Shown: positions 63,838 through 64,000 of the stretch, one piece after another | Position numbering within the stretch: position 1 is the first letter of the stretch | Layout of the letters: each line of letters opens with the position of its first letter | Source: Malacoraja senta | Taxonomy: Eukaryota | Assembly: GCA_038087875.1 (NCBI GenBank) | Contig: CM075985.1 | Span: 13,702,001 to 13,766,000 of the forward strand | Direction: 5' to 3' | DNA: 64,000 nucleotides | Translations under genes and position numbers: made by a program | The notes under the pieces: model-generated | Database searches by the model: none | Told to the model about the DNA's origin: nothing | Seen by the model: only the letters and a program-made list of their open reading frames with translations

Positions 63838-64000
63838 GTATGTAACTCATTAAGTAACGGTAATTTATCTATACACTGCAATGGCTCGATTGTAATTATG
63901 TATTGTCTTTCAGCTGACTGGTTAACACGCCTTTGAGGGATAGATTGGTTTCATCAAAGAAATTGTTGAGGCAGGATCCATGATCGGGTGGATAGTGAAG

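Overview
Vertebrate genomic DNA, most likely from a cartilaginous fish (skate or ray). This is inferred from the HE1/V-SINE-type SINEs and the CR1, Rex1 and Penelope repeat content. Two host genes are arranged head to head, as on human 7q22. LHFPL3 is on the minus strand: coding exon 1 lies at 38481-38882 with a 1-bp loss in a G5 run, and everything to its left is intron 1. ORC5 is on the plus strand, with a CpG/NRF1-type promoter near 56.84 kb and four coding exons at 60443-63837. Much of the rest is decayed transposable elements: CR1, Rex1/Babar, L1, Penelope, V-SINEs, Tc1, Harbinger MITEs and Helitrons. The main candidate is an intact 978-aa hAT-like (CxxH-group) DDE transposase at 756-3692 that ends in a Spindlin (Spin/Ssty) Tudor-like domain, which suggests a chromatin-reading transposase. 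At the ORC5 promoter there are two 34-39 bp mini-elements (CAAAGAT...ATCTTTG, 8-bp TSDs) that look like P-superfamily excision footprints. One of them was then hit by a young Penelope insertion, which forms a 412-bp inverted repeat carrying hammerhead-like cores. All family calls come from motifs recognised by eye; no database searches were run.
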